DNA of 64,000 bases. Source: a virus. The translations under genes and the position numbers were made by a program. Below, one piece after another: positions 1-9,769 of this stretch (positions are counted from its first letter, which is position 1; each line of letters opens with the position of its first letter). Under the pieces are notes generated by a model that had not been told where the DNA came from, made no database searches, and saw nothing but the letters and a program-made list of their open reading frames with translations. Where the stretch lies: the IMG/VR virus record IMGVR_UViG_3300020220_003261. One strand, 5' to 3'.

Positions 1-699
1 TTTAACCCTTTATATGATAAATTTTTGTTTCTGTCTTATAACAGACAATGCAGACACCATAGGATTAGATTTATAATTGATTTGTTAGATAAGAATTTAA
101 TTAACAAAGGATTAATAAGTTTAAATAAATTAAATAATATTCCATATGAAACAACGGATCAAAATAAAGATTTTTTAATTAACAAAACACCGTTGATTAT
201 TGATTCACTTCCTGATTTAACGAATAACTTGGCTGTAAACATAACCACTCAAGACTACGAAAGAACATTTATGTCTATTGTCACCGAAACTTTAGCAGAT
301 GATAATACTTTATTTTTTTCTGAAAAAGTATGGAAACCTATTATGGTTGGTCATCCTTTCATGATTTATGGTAATCGTGGGTCATTAAAATATTTGAAAG
401 ATTTAGGATTTAAAACATATGATAAATGGTTTGATGAATCATATGATAACGAACTTGATAGGGACATTAGATCAAAAAAAATTGTAAATGAAATAGAAAG
501 ATTAAGTAAAAAAAGTTTAGAAGAATTGAAAATAATAAGAGAGGAAATGAAAGAAACTTGTCAATATAATTTTCATTTTTATAAAAAATATTATTCAGAA
601 AAGTATGGTAATAATGACCAATCTAAAGCAATAAGAGATATTTTATTAGAAATTTGGTCATCAATTTCTAATACAACGCCAAAACCAAATTTAATATGA
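1..699 (+). CDS. Glycosyltransferase-like phage protein, 5'-truncated (frame open from base 1)
   Basis: SIVTETL..FFSEKVWKPI..HPFMIYG..LGFKTY..DESYD block, shared with 3840..4847; ends PKPNLI. Confidence 0.5.
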   Translation, partial: FNPLYDKFLFLSYNRQCRHHRIRFIIDLLDKNLINKGLISLNKLNNIPYETTDQNKDFLINKTPLIIDSLPDLTNNLAVNITTQDYERTFMSIVTETLADDNTLFFSEKVWKPIMVGHPFMIYGNRGSLKYLKDLGFKTYDKWFDESYDNELDRDIRSKKIVNEIERLSKKSLEELKIIREEMKETCQYNFHFYKKYYSEKYGNNDQSKAIRDILLEIWSSISNTTPKPNLI

Positions 700-1376
700 A
701 AACATTGTGGACATTTGGTGATAGCTACACTGCGGAATATGATTATAGTAACAATGATTCTTATAGTAGATATAAAGAAATAATAGGAAAAGAGATAAAA
801 ACATGGCCAACTATATTGTCTGATAAATTAAACATACGACTCGAAAATTTGGGGAAAAGAGGAAGTGGAAATTCGGACATATTTGAAACTTTAATAAACA
901 ATATTAGATATATTAATGAAGACGATATTGTTATTATTGGTTGGGGGCTTAACTCTAAATTCAGAATTGCAAGTAATAATAAACTTATAACATTATTTCC
1001 TTTCGGTTCACATACTGATAATAATATGTCCAAAGAATGTTTGAATTTATTGTCAAAAAATAAAGAAGAAAGGATTTGGAATGATGAAATATATCAATGG
1101 GAAAAAATTATAAAATATATTTCAGAACTTAAAAATTTTTACGTGTTTTTTTGGAATTCGGAAGATCCAAACTTGATATATGGACTTTCAAATAAAAATA
1201 AAAAAGAATATATTTTGTCTGAAAGCAATATCGGGTTGATTTTTTATTTAAAAAACTTGGGAGCTAGAACTATTTCAGATGACACCGAAAACATTATAAA
1301 CGATTGTCATTTTGGAGAACATGGACATATTTTTCAAGCCGATTGTTTTTATAAACATATAAATGAATTTTTATGA
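696..1376 (+). CDS. SGNH/GDSL-like fold protein
   Basis: N-terminal FGDSYT, G-x-G-N block, C-terminal DCHFGEHGH. Confidence 0.55.
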   Translation: MKTLWTFGDSYTAEYDYSNNDSYSRYKEIIGKEIKTWPTILSDKLNIRLENLGKRGSGNSDIFETLINNIRYINEDDIVIIGWGLNSKFRIASNNKLITLFPFGSHTDNNMSKECLNLLSKNKEERIWNDEIYQWEKIIKYISELKNFYVFFWNSEDPNLIYGLSNKNKKEYILSESNIGLIFYLKNLGARTISDDTENIINDCHFGEHGHIFQADCFYKHINEFL

Positions 1377-1954
1377 CACTATTAGATTTATACTATCAAA
1401 ATGAGTATGATAAACTAGATGTTGGTTTCCAATTAGATAAGTTTGATCACATGTATCTTCAGAAATATTATGATAAAGAATTTACACCGAGAAGAAATGA
1501 CGAAATTAATTTATTAGAAATAGGTGTAGCCACTGGTATATCTATGAAATTTTGGTCGGAATGGTTTGTTAATGGTAAAATTTACGGTGTTGATTTGGGA
1601 CACGAAAGCAGGTTAAGTGATTTTTACAAAAAACATAATTTAAATAACATTTATTGGGAAAACGCACTTACAAATTCATTTGTAAACAGATTTGAAAATG
1701 ATTATTTTGATTATGTAATTGATGACGGTAGTCATAGAATTGAAGACCAAATTGTTGCGATAAAAAAATATCTACCAAAAATTAAATCAGGTGGAAAACT
1801 TGTTATTGAAGATATCATGAACATACATTATATCCCAATAATAATAGAAAGTATTGATAAAAAATTATCAGATGAATGGAATCTTTATGATTTAAGATAT
1901 GTCGGAGGAAGACATTATCCCAATAGTGTGTTTTTTGAAATTATTAGAAAATGA
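1373..1954 (+). CDS. Class I SAM-dependent methyltransferase (sugar O-methyltransferase-like)
   Basis: LLEIGVATG motif I, YGVD, VIDDGSH, LKSGG-like ..VIED. Confidence 0.8.
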   Translation: MTLLDLYYQNEYDKLDVGFQLDKFDHMYLQKYYDKEFTPRRNDEINLLEIGVATGISMKFWSEWFVNGKIYGVDLGHESRLSDFYKKHNLNNIYWENALTNSFVNRFENDYFDYVIDDGSHRIEDQIVAIKKYLPKIKSGGKLVIEDIMNIHYIPIIIESIDKKLSDEWNLYDLRYVGGRHYPNSVFFEIIRK

Positions 1955-2715
1955 ACAGATTATTTGCTTTAGGTTGTAGTTTTACCGATTATATGTGGCC
2001 AACGTGGGTTGATTTTATATCAAATAAATTTGATTTTACATACAACTTGGGTCACAGTGGTGCGGGTAATTTTTATATTGCAACTCAATTATATGAAATT
2101 AATTTAAAAGAAAAAATTACAAAGGATGATACTGTGCTAATTATGTTAACTAGTTTTACCAGATATGACACTATTCTTAGAGATTTTGGGTGGTCTAATA
2201 GTGGTAATATATACTCCCAAACAATTTTTGGAAAAGAATTTATTGAAAAATATTGGTCAGAAGAATTTGGGTTTTACAACACGTGGTTTTCAATAATGTC
2301 TATGAAATCACTTTTGGACAATATAGGTTGTAAATATAAATTCATGTGTGCATTTAATTTAACAAAAAAAGAAACAGATCCTTTATTATTTGAAGAATTA
2401 GATAAACCAAGATTAAGTAATGTTTGGTCGTCTTTGCTTGATATAATTTCTGAAAATAATTTTAGAGATTTTTGTGATCAAAATAAAAGATATTACAGTT
2501 TTAATGGTGAAACCGATTTTCACCCCACAATTTCTGACCACCATGATTGGGTTGAACAAGAATTACCCGAATATTATGACAAGTCATATGATAATATTAG
2601 GCAAGAGTGGGAGAGTAATGTCACTGATGATTTGGAAAAAACGGTGATAAATTTTTTCAACGTTAAACCTGAGTTTAAAAATAAATTTAATAAAAGATTT
2701 AATTGGAATTTTTAA
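1951..2715 (+). CDS. SGNH/GDSL-like fold protein
   Basis: FALGCSFT, GHSGAGN, DFHPTISDH. Confidence 0.5.
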   Translation: MNRLFALGCSFTDYMWPTWVDFISNKFDFTYNLGHSGAGNFYIATQLYEINLKEKITKDDTVLIMLTSFTRYDTILRDFGWSNSGNIYSQTIFGKEFIEKYWSEEFGFYNTWFSIMSMKSLLDNIGCKYKFMCAFNLTKKETDPLLFEELDKPRLSNVWSSLLDIISENNFRDFCDQNKRYYSFNGETDFHPTISDHHDWVEQELPEYYDKSYDNIRQEWESNVTDDLEKTVINFFNVKPEFKNKFNKRFNWNF

Positions 2716-2716
2716 T

Positions 2717-3853
2717 ATGAAAGTAGGATTTATTGGTGTTGGTAAATTGGGAAAAGATGTTGCCGAGGTTATGGCGGAAAAATATTATGTGGAGGGTTAT
2801 GATGTAAAAAATATCAAACCAATTAACTTTAAAATGGTGGAAACACTTAAAGAGGTGTGTTCCGATAAAGACATAATTTTTATCGCAGTCCCCACACCTC
2901 ATCATGTAGATTATGATGGTAGTAAACCAACATCAAACTTAGAACCAAAGGATTTTGATTATACTACCGTAAAAAATATTTTATTGGAAATAAATAAATT
3001 TACAAATATAAAACAACTTGTTGTTTTAATTTCAACCGTTCTACCAGGAACAATTAGACGTGAATTTATACCATTGGTTCAAAATTATAGATTTATTTAT
3101 AATCCTTATTTGATTGCAATGGGGACAGTAAAATACGATATGGTTAATCCCGAAATGGTGATTATAGGAACTGAAGATGGGTCATTTACATCGGACGCAA
3201 AAATATTAATAGATTTTTATGAAACAATTATAAAACCCGATACACGATATGAGATCGGTACTTGGGACGATGCTGAAGCCATTAAAATATTCTACAACAC
3301 ATTCATATCTGCTAAAATATCAATTGTTAACATGATAATGGATGTTGCTGAAATAAATGGTAACATGAACACAGATGTGGTGACTGGTGCACTTGAAAGA
3401 AGTTCATACAGAATTACGGGTCCTGCATATATGAAAGCAGGAATGGGGGATGGAGGGGCTTGTCACCCAAGAGATAATATTGCTCTTAGATATATGGCGG
3501 AGAAATATGATTTAGGTTATGATTTATTTGATGCAATTATGAAGTCTAGAGAAAAACAAGCTGAGAATATCGCGAAAAAACTTACAGAATTAAAAAATCT
3601 TCATAACCTACCAATAGTAATCATGGGAAAAAGTTATAAACCTGGTGTTGAATATGTGGATGGATCATATTCTATTTTGATTTCTCATTATTTACCAAAC
3701 GACATAAAATTTGATGATAATACTACACCCGCAATTTATCTTTTAGGACATAGAAAAGTTTTTAATAACACAATATTTCCAAAAGGAAGCGTAGTTTTAG
3801 ATCCATGGAGAGAAAGAACAAAAAAAGATACAATATACTATGGAGGAAAGTAA
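2717..3853 (+). CDS. UDP-glucose/GDP-mannose dehydrogenase family protein
   Basis: GFIGVGKLG Rossmann motif, FIAVPTP, STVLPGT, GMGDGGACHPRD catalytic Cys. Confidence 0.9.
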   Translation: MKVGFIGVGKLGKDVAEVMAEKYYVEGYDVKNIKPINFKMVETLKEVCSDKDIIFIAVPTPHHVDYDGSKPTSNLEPKDFDYTTVKNILLEINKFTNIKQLVVLISTVLPGTIRREFIPLVQNYRFIYNPYLIAMGTVKYDMVNPEMVIIGTEDGSFTSDAKILIDFYETIIKPDTRYEIGTWDDAEAIKIFYNTFISAKISIVNMIMDVAEINGNMNTDVVTGALERSSYRITGPAYMKAGMGDGGACHPRDNIALRYMAEKYDLGYDLFDAIMKSREKQAENIAKKLTELKNLHNLPIVIMGKSYKPGVEYVDGSYSILISHYLPNDIKFDDNTTPAIYLLGHRKVFNNTIFPKGSVVLDPWRERTKKDTIYYGGK

Positions 3854-4847
3854 AAAAGAATTTATAATATGTTTTTCAAGCCATTACGGTAAAAATGTTT
3901 TGAAACCGTTGATGGAGGATATTAAAAAATATTCACCAAAAAAGGTTCTGTATTGGGCAGGTGATGAATGGGCATTACCTGGGGATATGATTATAGAAGA
4001 TTTAGATAATCTAAAAGATTTGATCATAGACACAAATACACAATTATATGTTCTTTTTGGAAGTTGTGAAACTGAGAAAGGTCATTTCTACAAAAAAGTT
4101 TACCCACAAGAAAACTTTAAAATTTTAAATTGGCCGACTTATTTCATACACAGGGTTAACTACGATACTAATAATTTTTTAAACGAATTTAACTATCTTT
4201 TTTCCAACTTAAATTATATACCACATCATCACAGATGTGTTTTAATGGATGAGTTATATAATGTAAATTTATTTAATGTTGGAAAAATATCATGGAACTT
4301 AATTGATGAAAATTATTCACAATATGATTTTAAGTATTGGAAACAAGAACTTATAGAAATAGACAACTTTATTAAAAACAAAAAAAATTTCACAAATACC
4401 TTTTATGAAACCGATGACTCACTAATATCAATAGTAACAGAATCAACCACAAGAGATATGTTTTTTACTGAAAAAACATTTAAACCAATCATATCGGAAA
4501 GACCATTTATAGTTTTGGGGTATAAGGGTCAAAATTTAGAATTAAAAAAATATGGATTTGAATTATTCGATGAAATATTTAATTATGAGTTTGATTTATC
4601 TGATGATGTGGTTTATCGAGCAAAAGGTATTGTTCAAAACCTACAAAATTTAAAAAATGAAAACTATAACTTATTATATAATAAAGTATCAGAAAAGTTA
4701 AGACATAATAAAGAAGTCGCACTTAACATATTAGAAAATGACTTATTTATACCACAAGAAATATTGGAATTTAAAAACTTATATAAAGACGAATTCATCG
4801 AAGGTTTACACCATAAAGTTCCTCAATTTTTCTCAAAGTATTTGTAA
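3840..4847 (+). CDS. Glycosyltransferase-like phage protein (paralogue of 1..699)
   Basis: SIVTESTT..FFTEKTFKPI..RPFIVLG..FELFDEIFNYEFD. Confidence 0.5.
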   Translation: MEESKKEFIICFSSHYGKNVLKPLMEDIKKYSPKKVLYWAGDEWALPGDMIIEDLDNLKDLIIDTNTQLYVLFGSCETEKGHFYKKVYPQENFKILNWPTYFIHRVNYDTNNFLNEFNYLFSNLNYIPHHHRCVLMDELYNVNLFNVGKISWNLIDENYSQYDFKYWKQELIEIDNFIKNKKNFTNTFYETDDSLISIVTESTTRDMFFTEKTFKPIISERPFIVLGYKGQNLELKKYGFELFDEIFNYEFDLSDDVVYRAKGIVQNLQNLKNENYNLLYNKVSEKLRHNKEVALNILENDLFIPQEILEFKNLYKDEFIEGLHHKVPQFFSKYL

Positions 4848-6517
4848 TGTATATTATTGGAATATCGGCATTTTATCATGATTCATCGGTCTGTTTATTC
4901 AGAAACGACCAACTTATATTTGCATGTGAAGAAGAAAAATTCACAGGTATAAAACACGATAGTTCCTTTCCCGAAAAAACATTGAATTATATTTTTAAAA
5001 AATATAAAATTCAAAAAAATGAAATTGAAAGTGTTTGTTATTATGAAAATCCACGTATAAAATTAAATAGAGTAATTAAAAACTTAAAGAAGAATATTTT
5101 CAATAGTCCATTATATTGTATAAAATCATATTTGACAATTAAAAAAAACATTAAATATTTGGATAAAAGGTTAAATGAAATATGTCCAAATGTTTTTTAT
5201 TCAACACATCATGAAGCTCATCAGTATTATTCATTTTACTCATCTCCATTTGATAAATCTGTCTGTCTGTCTGTAGACGGGGTAGGTGAAATTGACACAT
5301 TGTCTATGGGTGAAACTAAATATAATGGAATATTATATACTCCTATTGCAGAATATCCTAATTCACTAGGTTTGTTTTATTCTGCCATGACATCATTTTT
5401 AGGTTTTAGACCAAATGAAGGTGAATATAAAGTCATGGGTCTCGCATCATATGGAAACCCTGTAGATCATATTGATAAAGTAAGAAAATTAATAAGATTC
5501 AAAAATGGTAGACTCGAATGTAACATGGATGTTTTTTGTTGGGATCGATCAGATAGAATTATGTTTAATGAGAAATTACCCTCTTTATTGGAAATTGATC
5601 AGAGATTACCAAACGAGAAGTTGGAAAAAATTCACGAAAATTTGGCAGCTTCGGTTCAAAAAGTATATGAAGAAATTCTGTTTAATATTTTAAAAATGGT
5701 TTCATTATGTTCTGAAAGTGGAAATTTATGTTTAAGTGGTGGTTGTGCATATAATGGAACCGCAAACGGAAAAATTACAAGTTTTACCAATTTCAAACAT
5801 CTTTGGATACCACCCGCCCCATCTGACGCTGGATCCACAATTGGTTCATGCGTACACTATATGGTTAAAATTAAAAAAAATGATAATAAAATAACAAGGA
5901 ATCCTTTCTTGGGTCCTGAATATAATGTTGATGACTATACAAAATATATAAAATCATCTTCCAAGACTTATAAAATATTAAACGAATCTAAAATTAGATC
6001 TATTATCTCTAAAGAATTATTAGATGGAAAAGTGGTAGGTTGGTTTCAAGGTCATATTGAATTTGGTGCCAGAGCATTAGGAAACAGATCAATATTAGCA
6101 AACCCAACTGTTGATGGAATGAAAGATAAAATAAATAGAGTTATTAAAAAAAGAGAGGGTTTTAGACCATTCGCACCTATGGTTGTCAAAGAAAAACAAC
6201 ATTTATATTTTGATGTTACGGATGATGTTCCATACATGAATCAAGTGGTCAAAGTTAAACCTGAATATGTCGATAAATTAAAAGCTGTTACACATGTCGA
6301 TGGTACCGCTAGAATTCAGACGGTATATGAACACACCAGAATTCATGAATTATTAATAGACTTTGAAAAGTTAAGTGGATTTCCTATATTATTGAATACG
6401 TCGTTTAATGTAAAAGATAAAACGATGGTATTAACACCCAAAGATGCGATAGATACATTTTATGATACTGAAATGGATATATTAGTTATGGGTAATTATA
6501 TTATATACAAATCTTAA
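4847..6517 (+). CDS. Carbamoyltransferase, NodU/CmcH/TobZ family
   Basis: GISAFYHDSS, EEEKFTGIKH, HHEAH, VDGVGE, EGEYKVMGLASYG, EFGARALGNRSILA, KREGFRPFAP, HVDGTARIQTV, LLNTSFN. Confidence 0.95.
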   Translation: MYIIGISAFYHDSSVCLFRNDQLIFACEEEKFTGIKHDSSFPEKTLNYIFKKYKIQKNEIESVCYYENPRIKLNRVIKNLKKNIFNSPLYCIKSYLTIKKNIKYLDKRLNEICPNVFYSTHHEAHQYYSFYSSPFDKSVCLSVDGVGEIDTLSMGETKYNGILYTPIAEYPNSLGLFYSAMTSFLGFRPNEGEYKVMGLASYGNPVDHIDKVRKLIRFKNGRLECNMDVFCWDRSDRIMFNEKLPSLLEIDQRLPNEKLEKIHENLAASVQKVYEEILFNILKMVSLCSESGNLCLSGGCAYNGTANGKITSFTNFKHLWIPPAPSDAGSTIGSCVHYMVKIKKNDNKITRNPFLGPEYNVDDYTKYIKSSSKTYKILNESKIRSIISKELLDGKVVGWFQGHIEFGARALGNRSILANPTVDGMKDKINRVIKKREGFRPFAPMVVKEKQHLYFDVTDDVPYMNQVVKVKPEYVDKLKAVTHVDGTARIQTVYEHTRIHELLIDFEKLSGFPILLNTSFNVKDKTMVLTPKDAIDTFYDTEMDILVMGNYIIYKS

Positions 6518-6520
6518 AGT

Positions 6521-6637
6521 ATGAAAAAATTGATAGAATGGTTAGTAAACAAGGTAAAAGATTACAAAAAAAAGAGAAAATTCAAAAAGAAATTAGAGGA
6601 ATTGAAGAAAAGAGACCCATTTATTTATAAACATTAA
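6521..6637 (+). CDS. Small basic protein, 38 aa (MKKLIEWLVNK...LEELKKRDPFIYKH); not in ORF track
   Basis: ATG 4 nt after the carbamoyltransferase stop; the PFIY tail resembles small proteins that accompany carbamoyltransferase clusters. Confidence 0.6.
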   Translation: MKKLIEWLVNKVKDYKKKRKFKKKLEELKKRDPFIYKH

Positions 6638-6674
6638 TTTTATTTTTTGAAAGGAAATCATTATATTATATATT

Positions 6675-7109
6675 ATGATATATTGGTTTACAGGACAGCC
6701 CGGATCGGGTAAAACAACATTAGCTCTGGAATTAATGAAACATCTTCCGGCCGCAACCACTGTTCATATTGACGGTGATCACTTAAGGGATATTTTTAAA
6801 AATAAGGACTATTCTGAAGCAGGACGGAGAAAGAATATAGAAAGAGCGCAAGATATTGCTAAGTTCTTAAATACCAAAGGTTATTCGGTTATAGTGTCTT
6901 TAGTTTCCCCATATAAGGACCAAAGAGATAAATTCAAATCAGAAAATTCTGTAGTAGAGATATATGTTCATACCAACGAAACAAGAGGTAGAGAACACTT
7001 TTCTGTAGATGACTACAACCCACCAACTGAAAGATATCTTGATATGGATACAACAAATCAAACAATAGAAGAATCCACTAATAAATTACTTAATACTATA
7101 TTTTTATGA
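6675..7109 (+). CDS. cysC: Adenylyl-sulfate (APS) kinase
   Basis: WFTGQPGSGKTT P-loop, IDGDHLR, DYSEAGRRKNI, VSLVSPY. Confidence 0.85.
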   Translation: MIYWFTGQPGSGKTTLALELMKHLPAATTVHIDGDHLRDIFKNKDYSEAGRRKNIERAQDIAKFLNTKGYSVIVSLVSPYKDQRDKFKSENSVVEIYVHTNETRGREHFSVDDYNPPTERYLDMDTTNQTIEESTNKLLNTIFL

Positions 7110-7480
7110 AAAGGTACGCAATGTACATTGGCAGGTGGCAAAATTGGCACGCCGGTCACGAATGGCTTATTCGCCAGCAATTAGATAAAGGTAAAAATGT
7201 ATGGGTAGCTATCAGAGATGTACAAGTTGATGAAAATAATCCAAAATCAGCAAAAGAGGTATTTTGGTCATTAAAAAATGAACCATTTTTTGCTAATAAT
7301 ACGGACAAAATAATGGTATCTGTCATTCCAGATATAGAATCCGTGAATTATGGTAGAGGTGTTGGATATGATGTTATTTATCATGAGCCGCCAAATGAAA
7401 TCGCCGAAATAAGCGGAACTAAAATTAGAAAAGGAGAAATTGATGTCAATGGTAAAACGACACATAGCAAAGAGTATTAG
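7106..7480 (+). CDS. Small HxGH nucleotidyltransferase (cytidylyltransferase-like)
   Basis: GRWQNWHAGH and C-terminal ISGTKIRK motifs. Confidence 0.75.
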   Translation: MKRYAMYIGRWQNWHAGHEWLIRQQLDKGKNVWVAIRDVQVDENNPKSAKEVFWSLKNEPFFANNTDKIMVSVIPDIESVNYGRGVGYDVIYHEPPNEIAEISGTKIRKGEIDVNGKTTHSKEY

Positions 7481-7658
7481 CTATAGATTTGTAGGTACAA
7501 TAACCACAATCATATTATCTGTATCTGCTGGCCTACCACTAAAGTGGGCGGGTATGGTTGGTTTGGGTGAGTTTATTTTGAAGCCTATCATATATTTTTT
7601 ACATGAGAGAGTTTGGTACAAATGGATAAAATATGGGTTAAAAAATAAAACAATTTAG
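7449..7658 (+). CDS. DUF2061-like small membrane protein
   Basis: KRHIAKSISYRFVGT...YFLHERVW; cysC neighbourhood. Confidence 0.75.
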   Translation: MVKRHIAKSISYRFVGTITTIILSVSAGLPLKWAGMVGLGEFILKPIIYFLHERVWYKWIKYGLKNKTI

Positions 7659-7757
7659 TATATTTATCTATAAAAGGAAAAATTTCTTTTTTAAAACGAC
7701 TTCCCCCCTACCCCCAACCCCTTTGGTAAATTAAAATATTTTTCGTATAATTACAAT

Positions 7758-8264
7758 ATGATAAAAGTAATTGATAATATTTTAACTAAATCTGAGTTTT
7801 CTTTTCTAAAAAAAATTATTAACAACCCCAATTTCTATGCGGACAATAAACCACATACTAAGGTTGATTCAAAAAATTATTACAATCGTAAATTCATAAC
7901 ACCTACGGATAATATAGAAAAAAGGATATATGAGTGTTTAAAATTAGAATATGACTCGCTTAAATTCAAAATTTCTAATTGTTGGATAAACCATATATAT
8001 GTGGATACAAACAAAAATGATAATTTTCATAAAGACAGTTCAGATGTTTCTACGGTACTTTTTTTAAATGAGGGATTTATTGGTGGTAATTTTGAATATA
8101 AAGATTTTAATGGTGATATTAATATTATAACACCGAAAGAAAATCGTTTAATCGTAATCGATAAAGAATGTTTACATAGAGTTAGCAACGTAATTGAAGG
8201 TAATAGATACACTTTTGTAGCGTTTTTACATTTTCAAGAAAAAACAAGTAAAACAATAATATGA
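7758..8264 (+). CDS. 2OG-Fe(II) oxygenase
   Basis: FHKD, VLFLNEGFIGGNF, LHRV, GNRYT; ends SKTII. Confidence 0.85.
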   Translation: MIKVIDNILTKSEFSFLKKIINNPNFYADNKPHTKVDSKNYYNRKFITPTDNIEKRIYECLKLEYDSLKFKISNCWINHIYVDTNKNDNFHKDSSDVSTVLFLNEGFIGGNFEYKDFNGDINIITPKENRLIVIDKECLHRVSNVIEGNRYTFVAFLHFQEKTSKTII

Positions 8265-8272
8265 AATTGATA

Positions 8273-8280
8273 TATTTATA
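8273..8280 (+). promoter_or_regulatory. TATTTATA motif (putative phage late promoter) upstream of the ATP-grasp-Hint gene
   Basis: The same 8-mer lies shortly upstream of about ten starts on both strands; AT-rich, so individually weak. Confidence 0.4.
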
Positions 8281-8297
8281 AAAAAAGGAAAAAATCT

Positions 8298-9746
8298 ATG
8301 AAATCAGTATTAATAGCAACAGATTTAATAAAAACAACTTCAGGAGAAATTAAGGTACTCGAAACCAATACTAATGTAAAAATAGGTCAACCTTTTGGTA
8401 CTAACACACATTACATGGATGGTATCATACCATTTATACAGAATGGTGGTTTTCAAACAGTTCATTGTATTTTGCCAAGAAGTTCACATTATTTTAGTGA
8501 TGAATTAAATAGGGTTTGTAATTCTTTAAACATACCACTAACCATACACTTTACTACACCTGACGCCATTACAGTTCCTTTTATTGAGGATTCAGATGAT
8601 GTGTTAATCATAAGATTAACATACGATACAACAGCAATAATCGATGATGATTATTGTAGAGATAAATTCGCATTACAGAAAATAATTAATACTAAATCTT
8701 ATGGTTCAAAAACATATATACCAAATGTTTTAGATGATTTTGATGGTATTGAAGATTTTATATTCAATGAGAACGCTCCAAATTTTATAATTAAAAAACG
8801 TTTTCCAAACTACAATAAAGAAGTGTGGCCAAAATTGTATAAAATTGAAAATTTAAACCAATTAAACACATTAAAATCAGAAATCGAATCTGATTGTTAT
8901 TTACAGGAATTCCATAATTCCGAATTGATTGATGGAAAAAGATGTATTATCAGAACTCTCGATTTATTATATGGTTCAAATTTAGATGTTTTGAATATTT
9001 GTAGTTTTTATAGAACATCAGAATTGGCCGAGGGCTATTGGCCGAATACGTTTGATGAAAATGGATTACTAGCCTTTAAAGACAGATTTAAATATTTATC
9101 TCACGCCTCACATGAGGATTCATATATATCAGAATATGTTTACGATGTTGACCAAGAAGTTGTAATGGGTGATGGTAGTAAAAAAATGTTCGCACTTTTA
9201 GAAGTTGGAGACCAAGTAAAAGGAATTCACATTGAGGGATTGGATTTAGATGAATCATCATACGATTTAAAAACTTGGACTGGTAATTATTCTGATTTTA
9301 TTCAAAATTACAATTTAGTAACAACCGAAGTAAAATATACACACACTTCACCCCCAACAAACAAATTATTTTTAAGAGTTACTCTTAACGATGGTAATAC
9401 ACAATGGGATGATTTGGGTATTTCTCGAATATTAATAAAGGATAACGATTTGATTAGATTTACATTATTTGAAAATTTAGAAGTGGGTGATGAAATTGTC
9501 ACATATAATTTTGAAACTAATTCTGTAGAAATCAAATCAATTCAAACAATAGAAGTTGTTTATAAAGAAAATCAAATTTTAGGCGTTCTTGATGCAGAAC
9601 CAACTGATTTATATCTACCATTAGTTTCTGATAAAATAACAATTATACAACATAACCTGTGTAAAGCTCTATGTAGAAGTACTCAATGTGCTAATGCGAC
9701 ACAATGCGGTGACTGCACTACATTTCAATGTTTAAACCAAAAATAA
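8298..9746 (+). CDS. Fusion: circularly permuted ATP-grasp-like ligase + Hint domain + C-terminal six-Cys peptide
   Basis: N-terminal DLIKTTSGEIKVLETNTN and FIIKKRFPN/YLQEF; Hint-like VVMGDGSKKM..LEVGDQV..LEVGDEI..IIQHN (about 9138-9656); then LCKALCRSTQCANATQCGDCTTFQCLNQK (9657-9743). Confidence 0.7.
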   Translation: MKSVLIATDLIKTTSGEIKVLETNTNVKIGQPFGTNTHYMDGIIPFIQNGGFQTVHCILPRSSHYFSDELNRVCNSLNIPLTIHFTTPDAITVPFIEDSDDVLIIRLTYDTTAIIDDDYCRDKFALQKIINTKSYGSKTYIPNVLDDFDGIEDFIFNENAPNFIIKKRFPNYNKEVWPKLYKIENLNQLNTLKSEIESDCYLQEFHNSELIDGKRCIIRTLDLLYGSNLDVLNICSFYRTSELAEGYWPNTFDENGLLAFKDRFKYLSHASHEDSYISEYVYDVDQEVVMGDGSKKMFALLEVGDQVKGIHIEGLDLDESSYDLKTWTGNYSDFIQNYNLVTTEVKYTHTSPPTNKLFLRVTLNDGNTQWDDLGISRILIKDNDLIRFTLFENLEVGDEIVTYNFETNSVEIKSIQTIEVVYKENQILGVLDAEPTDLYLPLVSDKITIIQHNLCKALCRSTQCANATQCGDCTTFQCLNQK

Positions 9747-9769
9747 ATTACTTATAAAATAATTAGAAT

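Noticed and set aside
9138-9656. Mobile homing intein
   Set aside because: No N-terminal nucleophile, no endonuclease domain, no Cys/Ser/Thr at +1 (Leu), and no split host protein.
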